A stretch of DNA of 57,890 nucleotides, the filler included, from Sphacelaria rigidula (lineage: Eukaryota): assembly GCA_964200075.2 (NCBI GenBank). It is 6 parts of 6 records of this genome, joined end to end, with 100 filler letters (N's around TTAATTAATTAA, not from the genome) between each part and the next. Parts side by side here need not be neighbours in the genome. Positions count along the whole stretch, not along the records: positions 19,333 to 28,897 come from CAXNAA020008203.1; positions 28,998 to 38,562 come from CAXNAA020008204.1; 4 more parts are not named here. The stretch is one strand, 5' to 3'. The position numbers and the translations under genes are program-made. The notes under the pieces were generated by a model, which saw nothing but the letters and a program-made list of their open reading frames with translations, was not told the origin of the DNA and made no database searches. Positions 22,901 through 33,699 of this stretch are shown in pieces. How positions within the stretch are numbered: position 1 is the stretch's first letter; each line of letters opens with the position of its first letter.

Positions 22901-22980
22901 TGTCAAACTGCCACAGATACTACAGAGCAAAACAGTCAGCGCTGACTGTTTAGCTCAATGGTATCTGTGACATCTCAACA
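22901..22980. repeat. About 80-bp palindromic mini-element (second copy at about 48660-48736)
   Basis: Hairpin centred on GTCAGCGCTGAC. 22945-22980 is identical to 48701-48736 (36 bp). Confidence 0.7.
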
Positions 22981-23267
22981 TAGGCCACCCGGTGGACCAT
23001 CCAGGTCTCGCATTTCCCCTCCTTGACATGCCCACGTGTCTTCGGAGTTTATGGGGTGTTGGTCAGCGGTGTTCGGTTCACTCGGGTACCGCACGAGGAA
23101 GCACAAGACGCAAAAGACACACAATATTGCAAACAGCTCACGAGTCAAAGCCAAATGTTGCTGTTTTCCCGCTTCTACTGACCGGATGATTGATCCACAC
23201 GCAGATCTCGCCAAAGACATCGAGGACAAAATCGATAACGTGCGCCAGCTACTGAGGAGCAGGTAGC

Positions 23268-23845
23268 TCAGGGATCGCTAGCACTCCAGTGGTTAGGAAG
23301 AAAGAAGGGAACGCGCGGATGTGCTGGGAAGCAAGTGGGCCGATGGCCGCGAGCAGCCCAGTCACAAGGAAGCTTGCAGGGAACACGTGAACGCACTGGG
23401 AAGCAAGTAGGCCGATGACCGCGAGCATTCTGGTGGTGGGGAAGAAAGAAGGGAACGCGTGGATGTGCTGGGAAGCAAGTAGGCCGATGGCCGCGAGCAT
23501 TCCAGTGTGAAGGAAGCTTGCAGGGAACGTGAGGATGTGCTGGGAAGCAAGTGGGCCGATGACCGCGAGCAGTCCAGTCACAAGGAAGCTGGCAGGGAAC
23601 ACGTGAGCGCACTGGGAAGCAAGTAGGCCGATGGCCGCGAGCATTCCAGTCACAAGGAAGCTTGCAGGGAACGTGAGGATGTGCTGGGAAGCAAGTGGGC
23701 CGATGGCCGCGAGCATTCCAGTGTGAAGGAAGCTTGCAGGGAACGTGAGGATGTGCTGGGAAGCAAGTGGGCCGATGGCCGCGAGCATTCCAGTGTGAAG
23801 GAAGCTTGCAGGGAACGCGTGAACGCACTGGGAAGCAAGGATACA
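23268..23845 (-). CDS. Candidate terminal exon encoding 24-aa Cys/His/Pro/Arg-rich repeats
   Basis: Open frame (CFPAHPHVPCKLPSHWNARGHRPT)n. Pyrimidine-rich acceptor ...GGTTGCAG| at 23846. Several inter-unit differences are synonymous in this frame. Confidence 0.35.
23280..23838. repeat. 72-bp tandem repeat, about 8 units
   Basis: CTGGGAAGCAAG recurs at 23324, 23396, 23468, 23540, 23612, 23684, 23756 and 23828. Confidence 0.95.
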
Positions 23846-25746
23846 CTGCAACCCGCAGACAGCAAGGAGCAGTATAGCACAGCACGCATCTACGTGCATA
23901 AAGCGATTCTTCTAGCTGTCTATTTTCCCGAGCTAGGCTAGTATTGACGGCCTTTCTGCGGTGTCATGTTTTGTTCTGCGGTCCAGTTGGCTCGAATACA
24001 TGGAACAGTACAAAGACAGCTTCAGTACTGCAAGAGGCACCCCCACATGATCTCGTGAGTTTTCGGAAACACTCCAGCAACGCTCACTGCAGTCAGCGGA
24101 CAGTACAGTGCAGTGCCGTTTAGCATAGCATATAGCACCGTGCAATCTGTGAAGCGGGCAATAGACAACAACAATACAAAACCTTTCATTCCTCCGGCGT
24201 GAATCATGGGAACATATTATACTTCTCCCCTTTGATTTATGCAGCATAAATCTCATGTATCTGTTTCCCACCTTGCATTCGCGCAGCATATATCACAGGC
24301 ACACGCTCCCCACTTTCCCTCAATACGAGGTGAAGCACACGTTCATGTATACCCCCTTCACTTCACGCAAGCGTGAGCTATAGTAGGTACGTACATGTTC
24401 CTTACGTTCCGTTCATATAACACGAGGTAGATCGAGCGTGCATATTTCCGAATTTCCATGCATAAACAGCACGAATCATACGCCCGCGTTCTCCGCCTCA
24501 CGTTCATACGAGGTGATTCACGTGTTCATGTTTCCCAGTTTCTATTCATGCAGCATGAATTGTACGTATGCATGTTCCCCACCTTCCATTCTTACGAAAT
24601 GAATCAGGTGTACAGGTTCCCCACGAGTGATTCATACGGGAATTGTGATTCGTACATATGTTGCACTCTTGACCCATGTAGCACTGTACTGTTGTTGGGG
24701 AAAGAGGGTAACCTAGCAGGCTGTCTTTTTCCGCGCCACAGTAAAGCCTAATACCACGTGTGGAGGAAAAACATAGTAGGGCATGCTGCCCAGGGCGTGT
24801 GGCTGAGGCGCTGGAACGTGTTTCCGAGGTGTTATGCCCGCGTGCAGCGCTGCGCCCCGAACCGAAAAATGTGGTACCCTTTTCTGTTCCAACAACATAA
24901 GGGTATACCCTTTGTTGTACACTGCCCTTTCATTTTTAATGTCGAGGAATCCGTCCACCGTCAGGGCAAGCGATCTGTTGCATCAAGTTCCAGACCTCAA
25001 TGTGACAAAAGGGTCTGAACGAATCTCATGAAAGGCAAATATTCCGAATTTCCCCCAACTTTTTAAGCGCGATACACTCCTCAGGCGAGATGAAGAGTGG
25101 TAGAAGTTTTATTCCGTGGATAATCTTTCGGAACAAGAGTGGTTCCACGGCAGGGGTGCACATTTCTTTTTTCAGGCTCTGCGCTGTCGGCGCCTCTGGA
25201 TGACAAACGCCCGCAGGTCTTGGTGTGCAGCCTCAGGAAAAAACAACTTTCGGACTAAAGTGTTCACCCCTACCGTAAAAACCCTCGTGAGTCAGCCGAA
25301 ATACTTCGAGCAATTAAAGTGAGTTTGCATACAGACCGATCTTGGTGCAAACATCGCAATGCGCAACCTACCTTTCCGACTTCGAGGAAAAGGGGCCGGG
25401 AGGGTAGGGATCAGAACATGTCAGTTAGCACTTCTTTGCAAATCACGTACACAATTTTTCATGTATCAACTCGAAAACGTGAGTGAGTGTGGAGCTTTCA
25501 GCGAGTCCCCGAGGTCTCAGCCGGCCCGGCTTGCAACAGCTGGAAGTCTCAGCTGGCTCCAATAACCTCTGGGAAGCAACTTTAGTATGTTGCTCTGAAA
25601 TATAGATTGCTCTGCTTTGCATTGTGCTTCCAATTTTCTTTCTTCATTTTCCTTTGTTAGGCTACTTCTTATGTATAAACGAACACGTTGTCAGAAAAGC
25701 CCTTTTTCAACAACACGTTTTCCAACAGAATTTTTCAAAGTAGCCA

Positions 25747-25983
25747 TTTATTGCTTTTCTTTCGAATTGCCTTTTTCATTAATATTTTCGGGCCCGAAGG
25801 CAAGAGAGAGAGAGAGAAACGACTGCTTGCAGGGCACGATATCTAAACCCTTCTGCCATAGACTATCGTGTCCCTGCTCATGAAAACTGTCTCTCTCTCT
25901 CCCTTAGAACAACCAGGGGGATACATAAACGCTCCTAATGTACGTGAAAATATCAAACGACCAAGTCCCCAAATGGTACTCTC
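25747..25983 (-). repeat. Split direct repeat B2 of the Ngaro-like element
   Basis: Near-identical to 26369-26648, with a short (GA)n tract. Confidence 0.85.
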
Positions 25984-26368
25984 TCCCTTCCCTTCCACCT
26001 TCGAAAGAAAACGGGTGGGTGGGCGGGAAAAAGGCGCACCTAATCGATAAAACTTGTTGGCCCCTGTCGAACTGGCTCAACTCCTTCTTTGCTCTCTCTG
26101 TCCACCTTTTGTGTCTCCAACCTACGCTGATTTGCGTTTCCTTGTTTTGACTATCCGTGGAGTTTCCGGCAAAGTGAACGCTTGGGGGGCTGACTATTCA
26201 GCTGCTCCTCCGTGACCCTTAAAAAGCGACTGAAATAATAAAAAGGAGGCTGACTATTTGACTGTTCCTCCGTGACCCTAAAAGAGCGGCTGAGGTAATA
26301 GACGCCTCTTTGGCCAATTCGACGTTTGCACTAAACGACGGTTTGTTTCTTTCTGAACAAACCTCCCC

Positions 26369-26422
26369 TTTATTGCTGTTCTTTCGAATTACCTTTTTCA
26401 CTAATATTTTCGGGCCCGAAGG

Positions 26423-26463
<41 letters not shown>

Positions 26464-26648
26464 GAGAGAGAGAGAGAGAGAGAGACGACTGTTTGCAGGG
26501 CACGATCTCTAAACCCTTCTGCCATAGACTATCGTGTCTCTGCTCATGAAAACTGTCTCTCTCTCTCCCTTAGAACAACCAGGGGATACATAAACGCTCC
26601 TAATGTACGCGAAAATCTCAAACGACCAAGTCCCCAAATGGTACTCTC
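26369..26648 (-). repeat. Split direct repeat B1 of the Ngaro-like element
   Basis: Near-identical to 25747-25983, with an expanded (GA)n tract at about 26425-26485. Confidence 0.85.
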
Positions 26649-26788
26649 CCATTCCTTCACCCATATCGAGGTCGTGGAGTTTTTCACTGCATCGGAATTC
26701 GCCGCCTCTTCTTGTAACTCCCCCACACAGTTCCTTCCCCTGGTTGTCTACTAACGCCCCTTTTCTTATCTCCAAGAATGCGCGATAC

Positions 26789-27852
26789 TCATCGCGAGTC
26801 TTCTATGTTGTTTACAGTGTACGCCTTGTATGCATCTGAATTCCACCTCCGTTCCCTCTGCGCTACTCGATCTGATATTTCTCCCCCTGCTACCATAGTG
26901 GATGTCCCTCCGATCCTCAACGAGTGTAAAGCAAAGTCTTTCGAGCCGCGAGCCAATTTATTGACTACCTTTCTCAACGCTCGAAGTGCCTCGTTGTACT
27001 TCCATACTTTGACTCCCCGACCATAGCAGTAAGAAGATAGTGGAGCGTCTGCGGGCAATGTCGCGTAGCATGACAACAACTCCAACATCACAGCAACTGC
27101 ACCGCCGTCTGCTCTGTACCCCGCATGCGGACCACGAACTTCTCACGTACGGACCCTTACACGCCCCTCTGCTCCTGATCCTCTTCGTGGCCCCGGAAAT
27201 GTATCTCTATCCTGTCAACCTGGTGCCACTGCAAATACTCCAGCTGGGTATCCCCTGAAAAAAACGCCACGTCCCTACGTGTAAGACAATACACTGAATG
27301 TACCACACCCGACGTACTCGCAAACATCTCGTCCGACCGTGTGAGCAGACAATAGCTCAAGCTCAAGCAAATCCAAAGCACCTTTAACCCAACGCCCCAC
27401 GATGGGATCAAACATTCTCCGTCCAACAACATCTGCCATGTGACCGGAAGGCGAGTTCAACGGCACGTGCCTGTGTCAGCATGCGATCTCGCAATCCCTT
27501 TCAACGCACACTTCAACACCGGAGACGTGGTGACGACTTCTTCTACTTGTACCTCCACCCTATGAGAATACTGCACCGCCGCAAACTTGCCCGATATCCT
27601 ACTGGCTACGTTCCCTTGGGAATCGAAACACCACGCCGCAAAATCGACCAAATCTCAAGTCATCTCGACCGATGCGTCGGCGCCGAAAAACTTATCCCGG
27701 CCTATCAACCCGCGAAAGAGGCACCAAGACCGGAAACCCGCCTCGTAATTTCGTTTAGACGAAGCCGCAACTGACTTTCCGACGAGCTCGACGCCAAGAC
27801 CGCGAACGTAAGGTTTAGAGTTTCTTGCCCGAGTCGCTGCTCCTGCCAACAA
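26789..27852 (-). pseudogene. Tyrosine recombinase (DIRS/Ngaro type), disrupted
   Basis: ORF fragments with SVAASSKRNYEAGFRSW, LSYCLLTRSDE (catalytic Arg region), FALHSLRIGG and RWNSDAYKAY. Confidence 0.9.
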
Positions 27853-28897
27853 ATGTCGGGCCGAAAAGAGTGCAAGTTACGAGCAATGTCAGCACGGTCC
27901 CACCTCGAGATACCATCGGCAAGATTATTTGCTACCCCTTTGATGTGTTTCGCACGGAACCGCCACCCGTTTCGCATTTCCAACGCGTCCATCATTCGCA
28001 TGAGCGCCCCCGACCATGGCTCTTTCGCCCCCCTACATTTGTTTACCCAGTAAACAGCGCTCATGTTGTCCCCTCGCATCAAGATGCTCTGCCCGGGGTA
28101 TTCCGGTCGTTCCCCAGCATGCACAGTCAACGCCCACGCCGTCACTATCATAGCCAGCAGCTCGAAAACGTTCATCGACAAATCGTCTCTAGAAAGCACG
28201 CGGGGACGGAGGCGTGCACGTACATCCGGAGTGAAATCTATTCTCCACCATTTGCCGGTTTCCAAACAGTATCCTCCCATGGCATCCCCGCTGGCATTGC
28301 TAATGATTTTCAAGCTTGGGAGCTGCAGAAAACAGCACGATAGAGGTGCTTCTAACCGAGTCACACCGTTTACCCCTGTAGCCATATCCAAAATCAGCCT
28401 CCAAAAAGCCAGGTCCTCATGGAATTCTGGACCCAGCCGAACGCATCCCCGGCGCTGTGCGCGCCTTGCTACGAATTCTTTGTCCGCCCCTTCGCCTGCC
28501 GTGAATGGCGCTAGACCTAGTTGGTTTAGAATACGCCGCACGAAAAACTTTCCCGGTCTCACGAACTCACACAAGTGCAGAAGTTTTCCCACCAACGATC
28601 GCACTTCCTTAACCGACGCTGCCTTCCTGTCTACTGGCCATTGGTCTAAAATGCCCCGCAGATTCTCAATCTTGCGCTGTGGGACGGAAATGGTCATCGC
28701 TACTGTGCCAATCGTCCATCCCAACATTTCCATGCGAGTGTCCCACGACGTCGTTTTTTCGCGCGCAAATAACGGAGGCATTCCAGGTTCCCGACGACTA
28801 CCAAACAAACGAAAACTGTCAGAAGCAAAGGACCGGGTAGCGCGAAGACACCGTCTGCCTGCCAAGAAACTCTCCGCCTCCACGAACAGCGCGTCAT
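27705..28897 (-). CDS. Reverse transcriptase C-terminus / RNase H of a YR retrotransposon (partial)
   Basis: MEMLGWTI, SLVGKL, IISNAS (usual catalytic D replaced by N), MNVFELLA, RGDNMSAV and HIKGVANNLADGISR. Confidence 0.9.
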
Positions 28898-28997
28898 NNN
28901 NNNNNNNNNNNNNNNNNNNNNNNNNNNNNNNNNNNNNNNNNTTAATTAATTAANNNNNNNNNNNNNNNNNNNNNNNNNNNNNNNNNNNNNNNNNNNN
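28898..28997. other. Artificial contig spacer
   Basis: 44 N + TTAATTAATTAA + 44 N. Confidence 0.99.
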
Positions 28998-29069
28998 CAA
29001 CGCATCGGGAATCGAACCCCCCTTCTCTCCACCCTAATGGCGACAGTCGGACCACTACACCACCGGGGC
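28998..29069 (-). mobile_element. tRNA-derived SINE head / tRNA pseudogene, truncated at the contig edge
   Basis: Minus strand reads GCCCCGGTGGTGTAGTGGTCC...GGGTTCGATTCCC, with Pol III A box and B box at tRNA-like spacing. No convincing acceptor or anticodon stem. Confidence 0.6.
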
Positions 29070-29287
29070 GCGGCATATATGCAGAAGTATGGGAAGGAAA
29101 CATGAAGTTCGTCAAGCAGCTGGAAGCAGATACTGATGGCAGCAGCTAAGAAAATACTCAAGTGCTCAAAAACAACGAGCAATACAGCAGTGAGGGCAGA
29201 ATTGAGAATGTACCCACTTAACAAAAAATGGAGACATGAGAAAAATGAAGCGCAATATAGGGTAAGGAGCATGCTAAGACTTCACAC

Positions 29288-29479
29288 CTTTCCCGGTCCA
29301 GCCTGAACATTCCCGGACGGCCCATCGATAGTGTGGTCCACACGGAACACGGGTCCAACCCCCCCGAACCCCTTCGCCGACACAGCCAGAGCACGCACTC
29401 CTTTCAAGGCAACCCCGACAACGAGGGGCTTCATGGTGCCAAAAGCGCTTCTCCTGCGGAGTACGTTTCTCGAGTACAC
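29288..29479 (-). CDS. FIST-domain protein, exon (third visible)
   Basis: Acceptor CCTAGCAG|, phase 0. VYSRN...LVVGVALKGVRALAVSAKGFGGVGPVFRV matches the FIST 'VGVAL.G...V.QG..P.GP.F.V' pattern. Donor position less certain. Confidence 0.65.
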
Positions 29480-29871
29480 CTGCTAGGATTTGAGGGGAAA
29501 GGTTGCACAGCATGATGTACACACTCGGTTTTGGTGTGGACACCGAAATTCGGATCTTTAATGGGGCTGCTCCAAGCGTGCGCAGAACGCGCTCTTATCT
29601 AAATCGGCGCCTACATGGTAACACACACTTTGCCTAGGGAACACTTTGCACCCCCCTTGCCCAAGGGTTCTCGGTATGCTTTTGTTGGGGTGAGGGTTGG
29701 GGTTTCAAGGTTAAAATTGGAGTTCTTCAAAATCATAAATTTCCGAGAAGGTTCTTCACCCTATCAAGTGGTAAACCCGTCTCGACGCGTAACGCTATGT
29801 GCATACAGCGTACACTACACCACGGATACTGACCTTGCCACTTCGGGCAAGCAAGATACACCACGCCTTAC

Positions 29872-31044
29872 CTGGTCACCGACGACCAACGAGCAGTTCG
29901 ACAACCCGCCCAGAATCACAGCGTTGGGGAGATGGTGTCCGAGCCAAGCCGAAGTTTTATCCAACATATCCAGATGGGTACCCAACAGCAGAATTGTATC
30001 CGCATCCTTGAGAGGGACGGTGGAGGACGGCTGTCGCAATTTTGAGAGCGACCTGGACCGACGACGCGCGTACCGTTCGCGCTCGAGGCGTGGCGCGGAA
30101 CGTGGACCACTTTCTTCGACGCCACTGCAGCCACTACAGGATCGGGGTTCGGAAGAAGGAATGGTAACTTTCGTAGCACAACTAGCATCGTCGCCGCTTG
30201 ACCGGCAACCGTTGATTCCGCTCTCGCTCGATGTGCGCTTCAAGCCTGAACGACTGCCAGCAACGGCGCCTTCTGTGCTCCCGCTCCCACGGCTCTCCAT
30301 TGCACCACCACCGTGGTCGCTGTTTGGGCATGCGTCTGTGGTCGAAGAGGATTGTGGTCTATCCGCGGATGCTGACCTGGGGGACTCCAGCGTTTTTCTG
30401 GTACGGGACACAGTGGCTTGGCTTGGGCACACGTCGCCAACCTTGTAGATTCTGCGTTCCTTCAAACTTTCTGTCGCGCCGTTGTCTTCCAACTCGTTCT
30501 GCTGCTCCGGCTCATCGCACGTTTTTCTTACCGCTGTACGCTCGCCGCTACTAGTCACAGGAGAGGGACATCGCCTGCCGGCGCCAGCAGCAGCAGCAGC
30601 GGCGGCGGCGGGGGCTGATACTTCTGCCGCCGCTACAATCATTTCATCGCGAGGCAGGACACCCTCCATCCAAACAGGCGGCAGCCCCTCCCATTCGTCC
30701 ACAAAAGACGCAGACGCATACGGCGGTGACTGCGCTTGCCCGTCGGCGAGGAAGCAACAAACGCGGGGTAGTTCCTTTTTCGAGACAGCAGCAGCAGCGG
30801 TACTGGAAGCGACATCACCAGCAGTACCTGCACGCATTCCGCCAACCACTGGTGCGCTGCTTGTGGTGGCGGCTGTTACTGGCGCCGCGCCGCCGATCAC
30901 ACCAGGTACCTCTTCAGGAGGCACGAACGCCACCGTCAGCACGCAGGTGACGGGGGCGATGGGGTCCAGTTCGATGTCACGATTTTCGTACTGAGAAAAG
31001 CCTCCCTCTCTGCCTGTCGTCGCTCCGAATACTCCGTCATGACT
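29872..31044 (-). CDS. FIST-domain protein, large internal exon (391 codons) with low-complexity insertions
   Basis: Acceptor TTTTTTCAG|, donor CAG|GTAAGG, phase 0-0. SHDGVFG...IELDPIAPVTCVLTVAFVP and LDKTSAWLGHHLPNAVILGGLS resemble FIST N-domain motifs. Confidence 0.75.
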
Positions 31045-31663
31045 CTGAAAAAATAAACCGTTCGTGTTGTGGTAGGAGAGATGTCGAGACGGGAGATATA
31101 TTTGGCAAGTGGTGGAGAAGCTCTGCACTCGAGCGCTAGGTATGTCATGTATTGGTTGAGGGTATGAATGTACACGGGTACAGCGCCTCTTGTGAATCCA
31201 TACTGAGTTGGTCCTGTTTCGTGTGGTCAAGAAAGTGTGCGAAGCAAATCTCGAAAGCAGTTTCTGAGCAACGCGCCGATAAGTTCGTATGCGAGGCGAA
31301 AAAAGGGGCCACAGTGAGCGATGTTGATTGTTGGGCTTCATCACACGATTTACAAGACAAACGCAATTTCCCAGATCGCTTTACCCAGCTGTACTTGTGA
31401 ACGTTGAGCAAAATGCTAGCCGAGACGAGACGAAACACGTCAGAGACGAAACACGTCACCACGCACCGCGCCCATGGCACGATTGAGTCTTCCAATAACG
31501 CTGTTCCGAAATAAAATGGTTCGGCTCACGACACAGTAGTACTATTATACATCAGGCACGCACGGGACAAAACAGTCGAACCAGCCGACTCTGTTCATGG
31601 TCCTATGGTGCATTTTCATTCTGCGTGGTACCAAAAACGACTCTTGCGGACGACACCACTCAC

Positions 31664-31807
31664 ATCAATGAAGAGGATGGGACAGTCGAAAGGAACCAGG
31701 TTAGCAGCGTGAAGGCGCCCGCTCAAAATCCTCGTGTTTGTTTCCAACAGCACGCTCGTGTCGATCATAAGGATGGCAAAGTTGGGCCTCCCCGCCGGTC
31801 GGAGATC
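31664..31807 (-). CDS. FIST-domain protein, exon (first visible)
   Basis: Acceptor TCTCTGCAG|, donor GAT|GTGAGT. 48 codons DLRPAGRPNFAILMID...LVPFDCPILFID, in phase with the next exon. Confidence 0.7.
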
Positions 31808-33699
31808 CTGCAGAGACGGCACCAAACCCGACATGCCGATGCAAGTTCCACGACAACCACCATACAAATGTTGTTGATGTTGTTTTCACATTAATAACCG
31901 TTCCGACATCTGTGCGGTACATTCGTATTGGGCATCTGATGCGGACGCATGAGGAAATCAAATTCAACAAAAAAAAAAAGAGACGAAAACTGAGGAAAAA
32001 ACGGACAAGAGAGGGCACAAGGAGAGTGTAACGCCTGTGTGATATACAGTATACAGTTGGGCGGTGTCAAAAAGTAGAAAACATAACGGGTTTCGGTAGA
32101 AGTCGCTGCAACACTTTCTTGGCTCTCGATCCGATGCACCGCGCAGATACTTGATTAGCATGGGGTCAGGAATCGGGTCGTCAGGCGCAACAGGATTCGA
32201 GGGGGGGGCGTAACTGTTCGGAATTCAACAATAACACACCACTTTGAAAATCAGGGAATGTAGACAGCTGTCACTACAGAGCAGCAAACATCGATTACCC
32301 TCCCGCCCGCCCTGTGCGGGGCGCGCATCGCACGTTGTATTTGTACCATATATGAAAAAATGGAACTCAAGTACTTGAAATTAGTATCGGTACTAAATAA
32401 TTCGACTCGTACCCACGAAAGCACCGCCTCTCAAAACTCGTCAAGTTGGGCCGTGTATTCCACTTTTTTTTGTGTGACATCATTGAACCCCGTTGTCTGA
32501 CTGGTATTCCACATGGGCGGAAGGTTGCAAGTTCGAACATCCTACTGTATGCAGACAGTGCAGACAGTACCATGCTGTCTGTTGTGTGTGTTATCATTCC
32601 ATCTATTCTGGACGCCAATCTACACCGTTCGGTATATATGGGGGCATCAGCCGGGTCACACAGGAGGAAAGCCAACATAGTTTTTTTTTTTTAATCCTTC
32701 GCCTTCCTTCTGCGGAGCTTGTCTTCGTTTTTTTTTTATCGCGACAGGGGTTCAGCAATCCCGTTCCCTCATCGACCGTCAAGTCGAATTCTTTGTTTCC
32801 ACGACATTGTCGCTCTCCACTGTTATGGGTAGGAATGGGGGTCGATTTCGGGTACTATATTCCTGGAAAGTGCAAGCTGAACGCTTTATGCGTCAGAAGT
32901 GGTTCGTAATCCAACGAGTCATATCAATGGGAAATGCACGCGCCACCCACAAATAACGATTTGGCTTACATGAAAGGAAGCACATTTCTAGTACATTTAT
33001 TCAAGCCTGGGAGTGGTCGGTGTTGAGGTGATATTGTTGCTCCGGATAACTCGTTCCAGATCAAAAGGTGGAAAGTCTTGTTTCACTAGCTAGTGGCCTG
33101 CTTCTGTCTGTACCACTCGGGAAGCACACGCCCCCGAGCTGCCACCCCACGTTCACCGTCATTGCAAAGATATCAAGACAAGAACACGAACAGCAGTAGT
33201 TATGGCCGCCACACAACGACGGAACTGGAGCGAAAGGCGTGCGTCACATAGTACTAGAACGAGAAAGTACGGAAATTTGAAGGCCATCAGCAGCAGCGTC
33301 GCGCATGTGAAAACTACCGAGAACGATGTTGATGATGTTGACGATCAAAAGGTTCACGCTGTGCGGATTGGCTGCGCGCTGCATGCCCTACACATAGCTG
33401 TGACTGCGGGATTAGAGAGTGAATTTTCCATGGGCTCCATGATGGGGTTAGGGTCATGGCATAAGTGGAAGGAATCCCATCTTGTCAGTCGCTTGGGCAC
33501 GGTCTCGTACACTCTGTCCAAATCAATATCTTCAACGTCAATTTTCCCCTAATTCCAAAATTTCGTAATTGACGAAGTTGGAGAAACATGATAAAAAACA
33601 ATTGTGAGGCCGGCAGAGACGGGGGTGGATGGTGATATGGCAGGGGGCGACGTTCCTCAATGAGGTAAATTGGTTAGTCACCGACTGCGCTCCTTCCCG

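Larger units (their letters stand above)
25747..28897 (-). mobile_element. Ngaro/DIRS-type tyrosine-recombinase retrotransposon, 3' part (5' end cut by the contig edge)
   Basis: RT C-terminus and RNase H overlap a downstream YR ORF, followed by a direct repeat pair split by a spacer (B1-A2-B2 layout). Confidence 0.9.

Noticed and set aside
22951..22963. TAGCTCAATGGTA as the start of a tRNA
   Set aside because: No B box or cloverleaf downstream; it is part of a hairpin repeat.
22204..23838. 42-bp and 72-bp arrays as CRISPR-like repeats
   Set aside because: Units are contiguous with no unique spacers, no cas genes are present, and the context is eukaryotic.
23249..23899. 216-aa hydrophobic repeat frame (FPASFLHTGMLAAIGPLASQHILT)
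   Set aside because: Open, but the recurrent inter-unit changes are non-synonymous here, so the alternative minus frame is preferred.
26789..28897. RT next to a tyrosine recombinase as a novel retron/integron-like system
   Set aside because: The RT-RNase H-YR order plus split direct repeats is the known Ngaro/DIRS architecture.
28063..28897. 296-aa plus-strand ORF
   Set aside because: Antisense shadow of the RT/RNase H frame.
29615..30994. 277-aa and 170-aa plus-strand ORFs
   Set aside because: Antisense shadows of the GC-rich FIST exon; the first starts inside a MITE.
31045..31344. N-terminal part of the 509-aa ORF
   Set aside because: Upstream of a strong acceptor (TTTTTTCAG) and not protein-like; treated as intron read-through.
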